Shown: positions 53,387-62,696 of the stretch, piece after piece
Layout of the letters: each line of letters opens with the position of its first letter
Position numbering within the stretch: the stretch's first letter is position 1
Origin: an uncultured Actinomycetes bacterium
Lineage (GTDB): Bacteria; Actinomycetota; Thermoleophilia; RBG-16-64-13
Direction: 5' to 3'
DNA: 64,000 nucleotides
NCBI GenBank assembly: GCA_963816155.1
Contig: CAWFJE010000010.1
Location: 18,221-82,220 of the forward strand
Notes under the pieces: generated by a model
Seen by the model: the letters and a program-made list of their open reading frames with translations, nothing else
Database searches by the model: none
What the model was told of the DNA's origin: nothing
Program-made: the position numbers and the translations under genes

Positions 53387-53624
53387 ACGATTAAAGGTCG
53401 GCTAATGGTAGCGCAGCCGCGGGTCTCAGGGCAACGCGGCTCGAGAAGCCGGGAGACCTAGGAGGCTGCTGAACAATGACGCTTCGCCGCATGAGTGCGC
53501 CGGCCACGGGCGAGACAAGGAGGCAGGAAGCGCGAATAGCAGCGCTATGTGCGAGGGCGGACGACGAAGTATCGCCCCGGAAGGTGCGCCCAGGCGGCCG
53601 AGGCTTCGCTTTTCGGGCAGCCTG

Positions 53625-54854
53625 CTAGCGAAGCGCCCTCGTTCTCTCCAGAAGAGGCGGGTGCGAGTAGTTGAGAAACACGTACATAGGATGAGGTGTC
53701 AGGTTGCTGAGATTGTCATGGGAGAGTCGCTTCAGCCCCGAGGCCAACAGGTCTCCCCTACCCGTGGTCTCAGCGGCGAAACGATCCGCCTGCCGTTCGT
53801 GATGCCGAGAAAGCGCCGCGCCGGCCACGGAGAGGACGAGCTGGAGGGGGCGAAGGAGGATGGAGACGAAGACCACGCCGGCATAGGTGGAGGGGGTGTC
53901 GACACCGAAAGCGGCGAACAGGCCAGGGTCGTCCACCAGAAGAGCGAACAAGCCCAGGAAGAGGCCCGTCTCGGCGACTGAGAGCGCCATGCCCAGCAGG
54001 ATGTGCCGCTTCTTGTAGTGCCCCACCTCATGGGCCAGCACGGTCACCAACTCCTCGGTGGGGTGCCGCTCGATGAGCGTATCGAAGAGCGCGATGCGCC
54101 TACTGCTGCCGAAACCCGTGAAGAAGGCGTTGCCCTTGGTGGAGCGCCGCGAGGCATCGATGGTGAAGACGCCGTTCAAAGAGAAGTCCACGCGGTCAGC
54201 GTAGGCAAGGATGGCCTCCTTCAGCTCGCCGTCCTCGAGGGGCGTGAACTTGTTGAACAAGGGCATGATGAGGGTGGGCGCAACGATCTGCATCACGACT
54301 GAGAAGAAGGCGGCCGCGACCCAAGCGTAGACCCATGCCCATGAACCCGCATACTCGAAGAGGGCCAAAAAGGCCAGGACGACAGGAACACCGATGAGCA
54401 GCGCAACGGCTAGACCCTTGAGATGGTCGAGGAAGAAGGTGCGCCTGGAAGTGCGGTTGAAACCGAACTTCTCCTCGACGACGAAAGTCACCCAGGCTGA
54501 GAAGGGCAGACCCAGCACAGCGCGCGCCAGCACGAGGAGGAGAAGAAAGGCCAGCCCACCCCACACCGGTCCCCAGCCCCAGGCGCGAACCACACCGTCC
54601 AGCCATCCGAAGCCCCCCAGCAGCCAGAAAAGCAGCAGAACGGCAAGGTCGAAGGCGGCCGCCACGAAGCCGAAGCGCGTCCTCGCCCGCGTGTACTCTT
54701 GTGAGCGACGATAGCCTGCCGGGTCGTATACGTCCGCGAGTTCCGGCGGGGCTTCCAGCCGCAGCGCCCTCAGATTCAGGATTTCGCCCACCAGATCCAC
54801 GGCCTCGACCAGGAGCACACCGAGGAGTGCGGCGTAGAAGCAGGCGTTGGTCAT
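53625..54854 (-). CDS. M48 family zinc metalloprotease (Ste24/HtpX-like, multi-TM)
   Basis: [12 protein letters not shown] HExxH in a C-terminal domain after about 7 TM helices. Confidence 0.8.
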   Translation of the reverse strand: MTNACFYAALLGVLLVEAVDLVGEILNLRALRLEAPPELADVYDPAGYRRSQEYTRARTRFGFVAAAFDLAVLLLFWLLGGFGWLDGVVRAWGWGPVWGGLAFLLLLVLARAVLGLPFSAWVTFVVEEKFGFNRTSRRTFFLDHLKGLAVALLIGVPVVLAFLALFEYAGSWAWVYAWVAAAFFSVVMQIVAPTLIMPLFNKFTPLEDGELKEAILAYADRVDFSLNGVFTIDASRRSTKGNAFFTGFGSSRRIALFDTLIERHPTEELVTVLAHEVGHYKKRHILLGMALSVAETGLFLGLFALLVDDPGLFAAFGVDTPSTYAGVVFVSILLRPLQLVLSVAGAALSRHHERQADRFAAETTGRGDLLASGLKRLSHDNLSNLTPHPMYVFLNYSHPPLLERTRALR

Positions 54855-55798
54855 CGATGGAGTAAGGAAGGCCAGTACTCGATACCGGCGAACTCGGTCG
54901 CCACGAGGGTGCCTGCCTGCCCTTCCATGATGGCCACGGCGTCCTCCAGAGCGCCGATGCCGGCGCGTCCGCCGGTGGCGCGGGCGAAGTCACAGGCCGC
55001 CTCTACCTTCGGCCCCATCGACCCCTCCGCAAAGCTGAGCTTATCCAGTTCGTCGGGGTGCGCCCTATGTATGGCACGCGCGGAGGTGCTGCCCCAGTCC
55101 TCCCACACGGCATCGGCGTCGGTCAGCATGAGGTAGAAGCCGGCCCTCAGAGACTGTGCGAGGAGAGCCCCGGCGTGATCCTTGTCTATGACCGCTTCCA
55201 CTCCCACGAGCACGCCGTCGGCCGTGAGCATGGTGGGGATGCCCCCGCCCCCCGTACAGATCACGATGGCTCCCCGCTCGAGCAGCCACTCTACGGCCCG
55301 GATCTCGAAGATCCGCTTGGGCCGCGGGGAAGGAACCAGCCGTCGGAAAGAACCATTGTCCTCTCCGATGCTCCAACCATGCTCGCGTGCGAGACGCTCG
55401 GCCTCCTCTCGGGGATACTGCGGACCGATGGGTTTGGAGGGTCTTTCGAAAGCGGGGTCGGTCGGATCGACCTCCACCTGAGTGAGTAGTGTGGCGAAGG
55501 GCACTTCCTCGGGCAGGATATTGCCCAACTCCTGCTCGATCATGTAGCCGATCATGCCTTCAGACTCGGCACCCAAGACATCCAGGGTATAGGCCTCGAC
55601 TCCGGTGTAAGCAGCCGCCTCGAGCGCCAGCAGCCCCACCTGGGGACCGTTGCCGTGGGTGATGGCGAGACTGTGGTCGCGAGCCAACGGCGCCAGCGCT
55701 CGGGCCGCGACCCTGACGTTCTCACGCTGATTATGCCCCGTCAGCGGTTGGCCGCGCTTGAGGAGAGCGTTGCCCCCCAGTGCCACCACGATCCTCAT
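54851..55798 (-). CDS. arcC: Carbamate kinase
   Basis: [17 protein letters not shown] ... amino-acid kinase family carbamate kinase signature; 315 aa; ATGA overlap with the M48 gene. Confidence 0.9.
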   Translation of the reverse strand: MRIVVALGGNALLKRGQPLTGHNQRENVRVAARALAPLARDHSLAITHGNGPQVGLLALEAAAYTGVEAYTLDVLGAESEGMIGYMIEQELGNILPEEVPFATLLTQVEVDPTDPAFERPSKPIGPQYPREEAERLAREHGWSIGEDNGSFRRLVPSPRPKRIFEIRAVEWLLERGAIVICTGGGGIPTMLTADGVLVGVEAVIDKDHAGALLAQSLRAGFYLMLTDADAVWEDWGSTSARAIHRAHPDELDKLSFAEGSMGPKVEAACDFARATGGRAGIGALEDAVAIMEGQAGTLVATEFAGIEYWPSLLHR

Positions 55799-55815
55799 GC
55801 GCCTCCTTCAGGAGA

Positions 55816-56352
55816 TCACGTGAATCTTGTGCTTTCGCCCCGTAGCGCGCTTAGAAGTTCATCCGGCCTCTGAGTGCCGATGAGTATGCGGCTGCCGTCG
55901 GTGAGGGTCAACTGGACGCCCCGATTGCCAAAGGCGTTGTATGCCCTGCCGTCCGTTCCTGTCCGGACGCCCCAGCCCCCGAACTCTTTCATGGGCGAAT
56001 ACTCGCGGGTCTCAGCCGCCGCGATATCGCGCAGCGGGATCCTCCGGGAACGAAAGGGCACGAACCTGACCGTGAGCAGGCCAGGACCCACCTCGGTCAC
56101 CAGGCGCATGATGACCGCGAACACGGGGATGCCGATGCCGAAAACGATGGTCAGCGCCCATGCCAGCCAATCGGGTATGGGCTCGCTCCCCTGGGGATGG
56201 CCCAAGAGTATCTGCTGACCGAACTGCCACCATATGACACCCGTGGCGATGAGCACGGGCACCCAGAAGAACCAGTGCCGGAAGCGCTGACTCTCGTGAA
56301 AGAGTCGGCCCTCCTCGCCCTGAAGCACTACCTTGCCGCCCTCGCTGCCCAT
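55816..56352 (-). CDS. Hypothetical membrane protein (2 predicted TM helices plus a C-terminal soluble domain; possibly bacterial PH-like)
   Basis: Hydrophobic segments WFFWVPVLIATGVIWW and LAWALTIVFGIGIPVFAVIM. No recognisable catalytic motif. Start chosen at the internal Met. Confidence 0.4.
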   Translation of the reverse strand: MGSEGGKVVLQGEEGRLFHESQRFRHWFFWVPVLIATGVIWWQFGQQILLGHPQGSEPIPDWLAWALTIVFGIGIPVFAVIMRLVTEVGPGLLTVRFVPFRSRRIPLRDIAAAETREYSPMKEFGGWGVRTGTDGRAYNAFGNRGVQLTLTDGSRILIGTQRPDELLSALRGESTRFT

Positions 56353-56488
56353 ACCTCGACCTCGTGACTGAACATGTACCGGCCGCGTGCCGCACCCGGC
56401 GCTGGAAGAGGCAAGGTTAGACCACCAGCCGCCTTTCGCCAACCGCCGTCCGCAGCGCGCACGGCAAAGTAGATACACTGGCATCCTC

Positions 56489-57775
56489 ATGAGAGCTGAT
56501 AACAGAGACCGTGTCGCCGCCAGACGGACCCGTTGGGCCTGGTACTCCTATGATTTCGGCAACACGGCCGTGGAGTTCGCCATCCCCCTCTATCTGACCG
56601 TATGGATAGTGAACGACCTGGGTGTATCGGCTGTAACCTTTGGATTGGCCACCGCCATCTCCTCGTGGGCCATCGGTCTGAGCGGCCCCTTCATCGGCGT
56701 CAATGCGGATGAGAAGGGAAGGCGCCGCTTCTGGTTCATGATCTCGGTGCTGGTGGCCGGCGTTCTCCTGGCTTCCGTGAGCATCCTCCCCCACACACGG
56801 AGCGGAGAGATCACGGCCGTGCTCATCATCGCCATGGTGGCCAACTACTTCTTCCAGCTATCGAGTCTCATATACAACGCCTCGATGTTGAGCGCGGCCG
56901 GAAAAGGCAACGTGGTCAGCCTTTCCTCGCGGGGTATGGCGCTCAGCTTCGCAGGCGGTGCCGTGGGCATAGGTTTGATCGAACTGGTCATCTCCGGCCG
57001 GCTCATCCCGGGAGTCAGCGGCAGGGGCTACGCCCTCATCCCCGCGGCTCTGGTCTTCCTGGCCTGCGCCGTCCCCAGTATGTTCACCGACCGCCTTTGG
57101 CAGAAGAAGCCCGAGAATGACTCCGTACCCTCGGGTACGCTGCTCCAGCGCATGACAGAACTATGGAGGGAATCAGCGCGAGAACACAAAGCGGGCTGGT
57201 TTCTGGGCGGCTACTTCGCACTCAACTCCGCCATCACCGGCCTCACTCTTTATCTTCCGCTTCACATAGGGGCGGAGACCGGCGCGGAAGGCCTGGCCAT
57301 GCTGGGAGTGTTCGCACCCGTGGGTATCTGCTCGGCCCTCGGAGCATTGATCGTGGCCCGGATGAAGCCTGATCAAACGATGGTGAGACGCATCATCCTC
57401 TGGGGCCTCACCCTACTGGGAGTCAACGCACTCGTATTCAGCTACGTGAACGCGGTACCCGCGGTGATACTGTTCGCCTCTCTGCACGGGCTCTTCTCGG
57501 GCGCCCTCGTGCCGACCGTACGCGGCGCCTTCTCCTTGACCTTCCGCGCCGACTACCAAGCGCTCGCCTTCGGCCTCTTCGGGGCGGTACAGCGAGTATC
57601 ACAAGGGCTCGGCGCCGCTCTTGCCCCCCTTGCCGGCGCGGCCGCGGGTGAGGGAGCAACCTCTGCAGGCATCGCCGCCATGGGGGTGGTAGCCCTTGTC
57701 GGGGTGCCGCTCTTCGCCCGTTGGCGCCTTGACCCGTCGGCCGAAGGCGACCTCCCCGTGGACCAAGTCGCCTGA
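56489..57775 (+). CDS. MFS transporter (UMF1/Atg22-like family)
   Basis: 12 predicted TM segments; WYSYDFGNTAVEFAIPLYL N-terminus typical of the UMF1 family. Confidence 0.75.
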   Translation: MRADNRDRVAARRTRWAWYSYDFGNTAVEFAIPLYLTVWIVNDLGVSAVTFGLATAISSWAIGLSGPFIGVNADEKGRRRFWFMISVLVAGVLLASVSILPHTRSGEITAVLIIAMVANYFFQLSSLIYNASMLSAAGKGNVVSLSSRGMALSFAGGAVGIGLIELVISGRLIPGVSGRGYALIPAALVFLACAVPSMFTDRLWQKKPENDSVPSGTLLQRMTELWRESAREHKAGWFLGGYFALNSAITGLTLYLPLHIGAETGAEGLAMLGVFAPVGICSALGALIVARMKPDQTMVRRIILWGLTLLGVNALVFSYVNAVPAVILFASLHGLFSGALVPTVRGAFSLTFRADYQALAFGLFGAVQRVSQGLGAALAPLAGAAAGEGATSAGIAAMGVVALVGVPLFARWRLDPSAEGDLPVDQVA

Positions 57776-57821
57776 CGGACGGAGACGAGCCCCAACCCCG
57801 GAGCGTGTCGGAACCGCCGCC

Positions 57822-59126
57822 CTACGAACCGGCCGTCATCGCCTCCGCACACTGCAGCATGACGTCGAACAGATCGGCCAGATCGTCCTCGTCCACACAG
57901 GATATGGCCACGCGGATATCGGTTTCACTGGTGGAGATGACGCCCACGCCATACTCGTTCAGCAATCGCACCCGATACTCTTCGGCATCGAGTCCGTTCA
58001 GACGCACGCAGAGGAAGTAGCCGGAGTTGAACGGATAGAGCTGCCACGCATCGCCGAAGCGAGGATCGGCCAAGATGGCCTTCGCCGTGGCGGCGCGGCG
58101 CTCGAGTACGGCTCCGCGCTCTGCCTTCTGCGCTGTGTAGGCCGGATCGGCCATGGCACGTACTATCAGTTCCTGAGAGAGGTTGGAAGCGTTCGAGATG
58201 GTCCCCCGGATGATACCGGCGGTCTTCTTCTCCAGCGCCTCGTAGGCGCCGGTGCCGCCCTTGACGCCGTACGTGATGAAGGCCACCCGTAGACCCCAGG
58301 CGAAGTCCTCCTTGGAGGCCCCGTCGAGTTTGATGCCCAGCAGGCGCGGATGGGCGTCGGCCAGGCGCGAGAACAGTGATTCCCGCATGGCTTCCTCGTC
58401 GTAGAAGAGGCCGAAGTAGGCGTCGTCGCACATGGCCACCACATCGCAGCCAGCTTCGGCCGTCTCCACCAGAGCGTCTCGGATCTGGTCCGCTTCGGCG
58501 GGCGTGATGGAGTACCCGGTGGGATTGTTGGGGAAGTTGAACAGCACTGTCACTTTGCCCCGCCCGGCATTCTCAGCCAGCACCCGACGGAAACCGTCGA
58601 TGTCGAAGCCGCTCTCCAGGTCGAGCAGGGGATAGCGTACGACCTCGGCCCCTCGCCGAACGGCGAACACCATCAGGTAGTTGCCCCACAACTTGTCGGG
58701 CATGAGCACAACGTCTCCTGGTCCGACGAACATGTCGGCCGCCGTGCTCAGGCCGTGGGTGATGCCCGTCGTGACCACCGGCAGGCTGATGGAGGCCGCG
58801 CCGAGGGAGGGGTTCTTCTTGCCGATCTCGACCTTCCAGGCCGCCCGCAGGTCTGCGCGTCCGTACGCGGACGCATAAGGAAGCACCATATCGGGGTCAA
58901 GGTCGCACAGATGACGCGTGATGGCGGCGAGGCTCATGGAGCGCTTCGACTCCCGCGCCTCTCCGATGGTCGCGTTGTAACGCGTGGCCTTCTTGCTGGC
59001 CTCTGCCGTCTGCGTCAGGATGCCCTTGGGGAAATAGAGTTGTTTGCCTAGGTCGGAGAACATCCGCATCACCGCTGGGGCATGCGCCTCTATGACCTCG
59101 TTGGCCTCGACTGCCAGTGGATTCAT
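57822..59126 (-). CDS. PLP-dependent aminotransferase, class I/II fold
   Basis: FNFPNNPTGYS motif and a Lys-containing SK region; about 434 aa from the internal Met. Confidence 0.75.
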   Translation of the reverse strand: MNPLAVEANEVIEAHAPAVMRMFSDLGKQLYFPKGILTQTAEASKKATRYNATIGEARESKRSMSLAAITRHLCDLDPDMVLPYASAYGRADLRAAWKVEIGKKNPSLGAASISLPVVTTGITHGLSTAADMFVGPGDVVLMPDKLWGNYLMVFAVRRGAEVVRYPLLDLESGFDIDGFRRVLAENAGRGKVTVLFNFPNNPTGYSITPAEADQIRDALVETAEAGCDVVAMCDDAYFGLFYDEEAMRESLFSRLADAHPRLLGIKLDGASKEDFAWGLRVAFITYGVKGGTGAYEALEKKTAGIIRGTISNASNLSQELIVRAMADPAYTAQKAERGAVLERRAATAKAILADPRFGDAWQLYPFNSGYFLCVRLNGLDAEEYRVRLLNEYGVGVISTSETDIRVAISCVDEDDLADLFDVMLQCAEAMTAGS

Positions 59127-59163
59127 GGTCTTCCTCCGGATGCGTTGCTGGACCCGACGCCGA

Positions 59164-60981
59164 CTATGCCTCCGCCAGCCGCTCTTCGATGGCGGCCAGT
59201 TGCCTCCGTAGCGCCTCGGGCAACCTGTCACCGAACTGATCGTAGAACTCAGCTAGACCCTCTACTTCCCTCTTCCACCCCTCGACATCCACGGTGAGCA
59301 GCCGCTCGAGGTCCTCCAGGGGTAGATCCAATCCGCTGAGGTCGAGAGCATCAGTGGTGGGCAGGTTCCCGATGGGAGTCGCCACCGCTTCACCGGCACC
59401 CTCCACGCGTTCGAATATCCACTTCAACACGCGGCTGTTCTCGCCATAGCCAGGCCACAGCCAGTGACCGTCATCGCCACGCTGGAACCAGTTGACGAAG
59501 AAGACTTTGGGTAACTTCGCAGGGTCGGTGCGTTCGCCCAGGGACAACCAGTGGGCGAAGTAGTCACCCATGTTGTACCCGCAGAAAGGCAGCATGGCGA
59601 AGGGGTCGTGCCGAAGCACGCCGGCTTTGCCCAGAGCGGCCGCGGTGGTCTCCGACCCGGCGGCCGAGCCCATGAAGACGCCATGCTCCCAGTCGAAAGC
59701 CTCGTTCACGAGGGGTACCGTGACCGCCCGCCGGCCCCCGAAGAGGATGGCCGAGATGGGCACTCCCTCGGGGTTCTGCCACTCGGGATCCAACACCGGG
59801 CACTGCTCGGCAGGGGCCGTGAAGCGCGAGTTGGCGTGAGCCGCCTTATGATCGGAGTCGGGAGCCCAGTCCCTGCCCTCCCAATCGATGAGATGTGCCG
59901 GAGCCTTGACACCCATGTCCTCCCACCACACGTCGCCCTCATCGGTGAGGGCCGTGTTGGTGAAGATACAGTCGCGAAGCAGCGAGTCCATGGCGTGGGG
60001 GTTGGAATCGTACGACGTGCCCGGCGCCACCCCGAAGAAGCCCGTCTCGGGATTGACGGCATAGAGCCGGCCGTCGGCGCCGAGGCGCATCCAGGCGATG
60101 TCATCGCCAACCGTGGTCACCTTCCAGCCCGGAAGTGTGGGCTGCATCATGGCCAGGTTGGTCTTGCCGCAGGCGCTCGGGAACGCGGCCGCCACGTAGT
60201 GCTTCTTGCCCTCGGGCGAGGTCAGACCCAGGATGAGCATGTGCTCGGCAAGCCAACCCTCCTGCTTCGCCAGGACCGACGCTATGCGCAGGGCCAGGCA
60301 CTTCTTGCCCAGAAGCGCGTTACCGCCGTAGCCCGATCCGTAGGACCAGATGGACGGGTCCTCGGGGAAGTGCACGATGAATTTGTGCTTGGGGTCTCGC
60401 TCACAAGGCCAAGCGACGTCCTTCTGGAAGGGCTCCAGAGGCGCGCCCACCGAGTGCAGACAGGGAATGAACCGACCGCACTCGCCGAGGGCCTCCAGAA
60501 CCTTGCTGCCCGTACGCGTCATGATCATCATGTTCGCGACCACGTAGGGGGAATCCGTGACCTCGATGCCTATCTGAGAGAACGGCGAGCCGATGGGGCC
60601 CATGGAGAAGGGGATGATGTACATCGTCCGCCCTTCCATGCTGCGGTTGAAAAGCCGCCCCATCTTGAGCTTCATCTCCCGTGCCGACGCCCAGTTGTTG
60701 GTCGGTCCGGCCTCGATCTGCTCAGTGGTGGCGATATAGGTGCGTTCCTCCACCCGGGCTACATCACTGGGGTGCGAGCGCGCCAGATAACTGTCTGGAC
60801 GCAGGGTGTCGTTCAGCTTCGTGAAGGTGCCCTTCTCCACAAGAAGATCGCACATGCGCTGGTATTCCTCGGGGGAGCCGTCGCAGAGGTACACGTCGTC
60901 CGGTCTGCACAGTTCGGCCACGTCTCTCAGCCAGGTCAGCAGTTCCTTGTGTTGAGTGAGAGCATCAAAACCCTGCGTCAT
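59164..60981 (-). CDS. pckG: Phosphoenolpyruvate carboxykinase (GTP-dependent)
   Basis: 605 aa, the GTP-PEPCK length. N-terminal MTQGFDAL...LCDGSPEEY. Kinase-1a-like P-loop region [13 protein letters not shown]. Confidence 0.9.
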   Translation of the reverse strand: MTQGFDALTQHKELLTWLRDVAELCRPDDVYLCDGSPEEYQRMCDLLVEKGTFTKLNDTLRPDSYLARSHPSDVARVEERTYIATTEQIEAGPTNNWASAREMKLKMGRLFNRSMEGRTMYIIPFSMGPIGSPFSQIGIEVTDSPYVVANMMIMTRTGSKVLEALGECGRFIPCLHSVGAPLEPFQKDVAWPCERDPKHKFIVHFPEDPSIWSYGSGYGGNALLGKKCLALRIASVLAKQEGWLAEHMLILGLTSPEGKKHYVAAAFPSACGKTNLAMMQPTLPGWKVTTVGDDIAWMRLGADGRLYAVNPETGFFGVAPGTSYDSNPHAMDSLLRDCIFTNTALTDEGDVWWEDMGVKAPAHLIDWEGRDWAPDSDHKAAHANSRFTAPAEQCPVLDPEWQNPEGVPISAILFGGRRAVTVPLVNEAFDWEHGVFMGSAAGSETTAAALGKAGVLRHDPFAMLPFCGYNMGDYFAHWLSLGERTDPAKLPKVFFVNWFQRGDDGHWLWPGYGENSRVLKWIFERVEGAGEAVATPIGNLPTTDALDLSGLDLPLEDLERLLTVDVEGWKREVEGLAEFYDQFGDRLPEALRRQLAAIEERLAEA

Positions 60982-61052
60982 CCCTACTCCCTTTCACGCT
61001 TCCTACACTGATGCCGGTCGATACGAGCACAATATCTTACCTTAGCGCCGGT

Positions 61053-62006
61053 TCAGGAGCCCGCGACTGCCTTCCGCACCTCGTCCAGCATGCCCGCAGA
61101 GCCCAGCTTCTCGTTCTTGTGAGCGATGAACTTGGCGTACTCAGCTATGAAGACCTTGCCAGGGTCACGCAGATCGAACTTCTCCGGCGAGTCGCGGAAG
61201 AACTCCCTATGCACACGCGTCCATACCAAGCGCCCGTCGGTGTCGATGTTCACCTTGGTGACTCCCAGGGGCACCGCGCGTGCAAACTCGTCCTCGTCGA
61301 CTCCCTTAGCTCCCTTGAGCGCCCCACCCGCCTCGTTGATGCGACGGACCTCTTCCTGGGGTACGGAGGAAGAGCCGTGCATCACCAGGGGGAAGCCGGG
61401 CAGGCGCCGCTGGATCTCCGCGGCCACGTCGAGACGCAACCCCTGTTGACCCGTGAACTTGTAAGCGCCGTGGCTCGTGCCGATGGCTACAGCCAGACTG
61501 TCACACCCGGACTCGCGCACGAACTCCTCGGCCTCGTCGGGGTCGGTGAGATGGGCGTTCTTCTCCTCCACCTTGACGTGCTCTTCCACGCCGCCCAACT
61601 GCCCCAGTTCGGCTTCCACAGATATGCCTCGCGCGTGAGCAGCTTCGACCACCTCGCGGGTGATGCGGATGTTGCCTTCGAGCGGCTCGTGAGAGGCGTC
61701 TATCATCACCGACGAGTAGAAGCCGCTCTCGATACAGTCGAGGGCCGACTCGAGATCGCCGTGGTCGAGATGCACGGCGAATACGGCTTCGGGGAACATG
61801 GCGTCGGCCGCCTTGATGATGGCCTCCAACATGCGTTTGTCGGCGTAGGAACGCGCCCCCTTCGAGATCTGGATGATGAACGGAGCCTGTGACTCCAGGT
61901 TCCCCCTGAAGAGACCCAGAGTCTGTTCCATATTGTTGATGTTGTAGGCACCCACAGCGAACCTGCCGTAAGCGACCTTGAACAGCTCTCTTGTAGTGAT
62001 AATCAT
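61053..62006 (-). CDS. fba: Fructose-bisphosphate aldolase, class II
   Basis: NMEQTLG..., HLDHG zinc ligands, a TIM-barrel class II aldolase. Confidence 0.9.
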   Translation of the reverse strand: MIITTRELFKVAYGRFAVGAYNINNMEQTLGLFRGNLESQAPFIIQISKGARSYADKRMLEAIIKAADAMFPEAVFAVHLDHGDLESALDCIESGFYSSVMIDASHEPLEGNIRITREVVEAAHARGISVEAELGQLGGVEEHVKVEEKNAHLTDPDEAEEFVRESGCDSLAVAIGTSHGAYKFTGQQGLRLDVAAEIQRRLPGFPLVMHGSSSVPQEEVRRINEAGGALKGAKGVDEDEFARAVPLGVTKVNIDTDGRLVWTRVHREFFRDSPEKFDLRDPGKVFIAEYAKFIAHKNEKLGSAGMLDEVRKAVAGS

Positions 62007-62313
62007 GCCCACTCCCGCCTGTCTTGGTCCGTGCGCACATCTTACAGGATTGTCTTACCCGCTCGAAAACGCCTCCGATACGCGGCCGGGTATTGGGTAC
62101 GTGGGACGCGCCGGGACCGAGGTCGGCGCCCCGCGGCTCTCTCGGCTCGGCGCCCAGTCCCAGTGGCAACGAACGCTTGACATGTTCCCTGCCGACGGGG
62201 AGGATGCTCGCACGGCCCCGACGTATCCGGGAGTACAAGTGTGCGCCGCGAGACCAGCGGCAGGCGCCCCGCGGATGGATGGGCCCCGAAGAAAAGGCGA
62301 CGAAGGGAGAACC

Positions 62314-62694
62314 ATGAACAGTCACACCGATGGCGCGGCGGAGAGGGTGCGCTCGGTCATGGAGGAGTACGTGGACGCCGTGTATCGAGCGGACGTGGAT
62401 GCTCTGAGGCATCTCTTCCACCCCGGCGCGCTCATGGCCGGCTATCTCGGCGAAGAGCTTCTGGTGGGCACTCCGGAGCCCTTCTTGGCCGACATCGGGG
62501 GCCATCCGTCGATGGCCAAGGCCGGCGACCCCTATCGGGCCGACATCACCGGCGTGGAAGCGCAGGGCCGCGCAGCCACAGCCACCCTCACAGAAACAGG
62601 CTTCTTCGGAACGAACCGTTTCGTGAACTACTTCGCGCTCATCGAAGTGGAGGAGCGATGGAAGATCGTCAGCAAGACCTTCGCCTCGCTTTGA
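62314..62694 (+). CDS. NTF2-like / SnoaL-like small protein (DUF4440-type)
   Basis: 126 aa; AAGGGAGA RBS; sequence pattern EEYVDAVYRADVDALRHLFHPGA...RWKIVS typical of the NTF2-like fold. Confidence 0.55.
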   Translation: MNSHTDGAAERVRSVMEEYVDAVYRADVDALRHLFHPGALMAGYLGEELLVGTPEPFLADIGGHPSMAKAGDPYRADITGVEAQGRAATATLTETGFFGTNRFVNYFALIEVEERWKIVSKTFASL

Positions 62695-62696
62695 AG

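Noticed and set aside
53400-53440. CUGAGA-containing stem in the carB leader, briefly considered as a TPP-riboswitch P3-like element
   Set aside because: The rest of the TPP consensus (GGGGUGCC, UGAUCUGG..ACCAGCGUAGGGA) is absent, and carB is not thiamine-related.
53391-53492. 33-codon minus-strand ORF ([33 protein letters not shown]) inside the carB leader, considered as an attenuator leader peptide
   Set aside because: There is no SD, no run of regulatory codons and no following terminator/antiterminator pair that could be paired by eye. It is more likely a chance ORF in the structured leader.
62013-62313. TTGACA hexamer at about 62189 and a pair of TCGGCGCCC direct repeats in the fba/NTF2 divergent spacer
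   Set aside because: No acceptable -10 lies at 16-19 nt (GAGGAT). The repeats are short and GC-rich enough to occur by chance. This was noted but not called.
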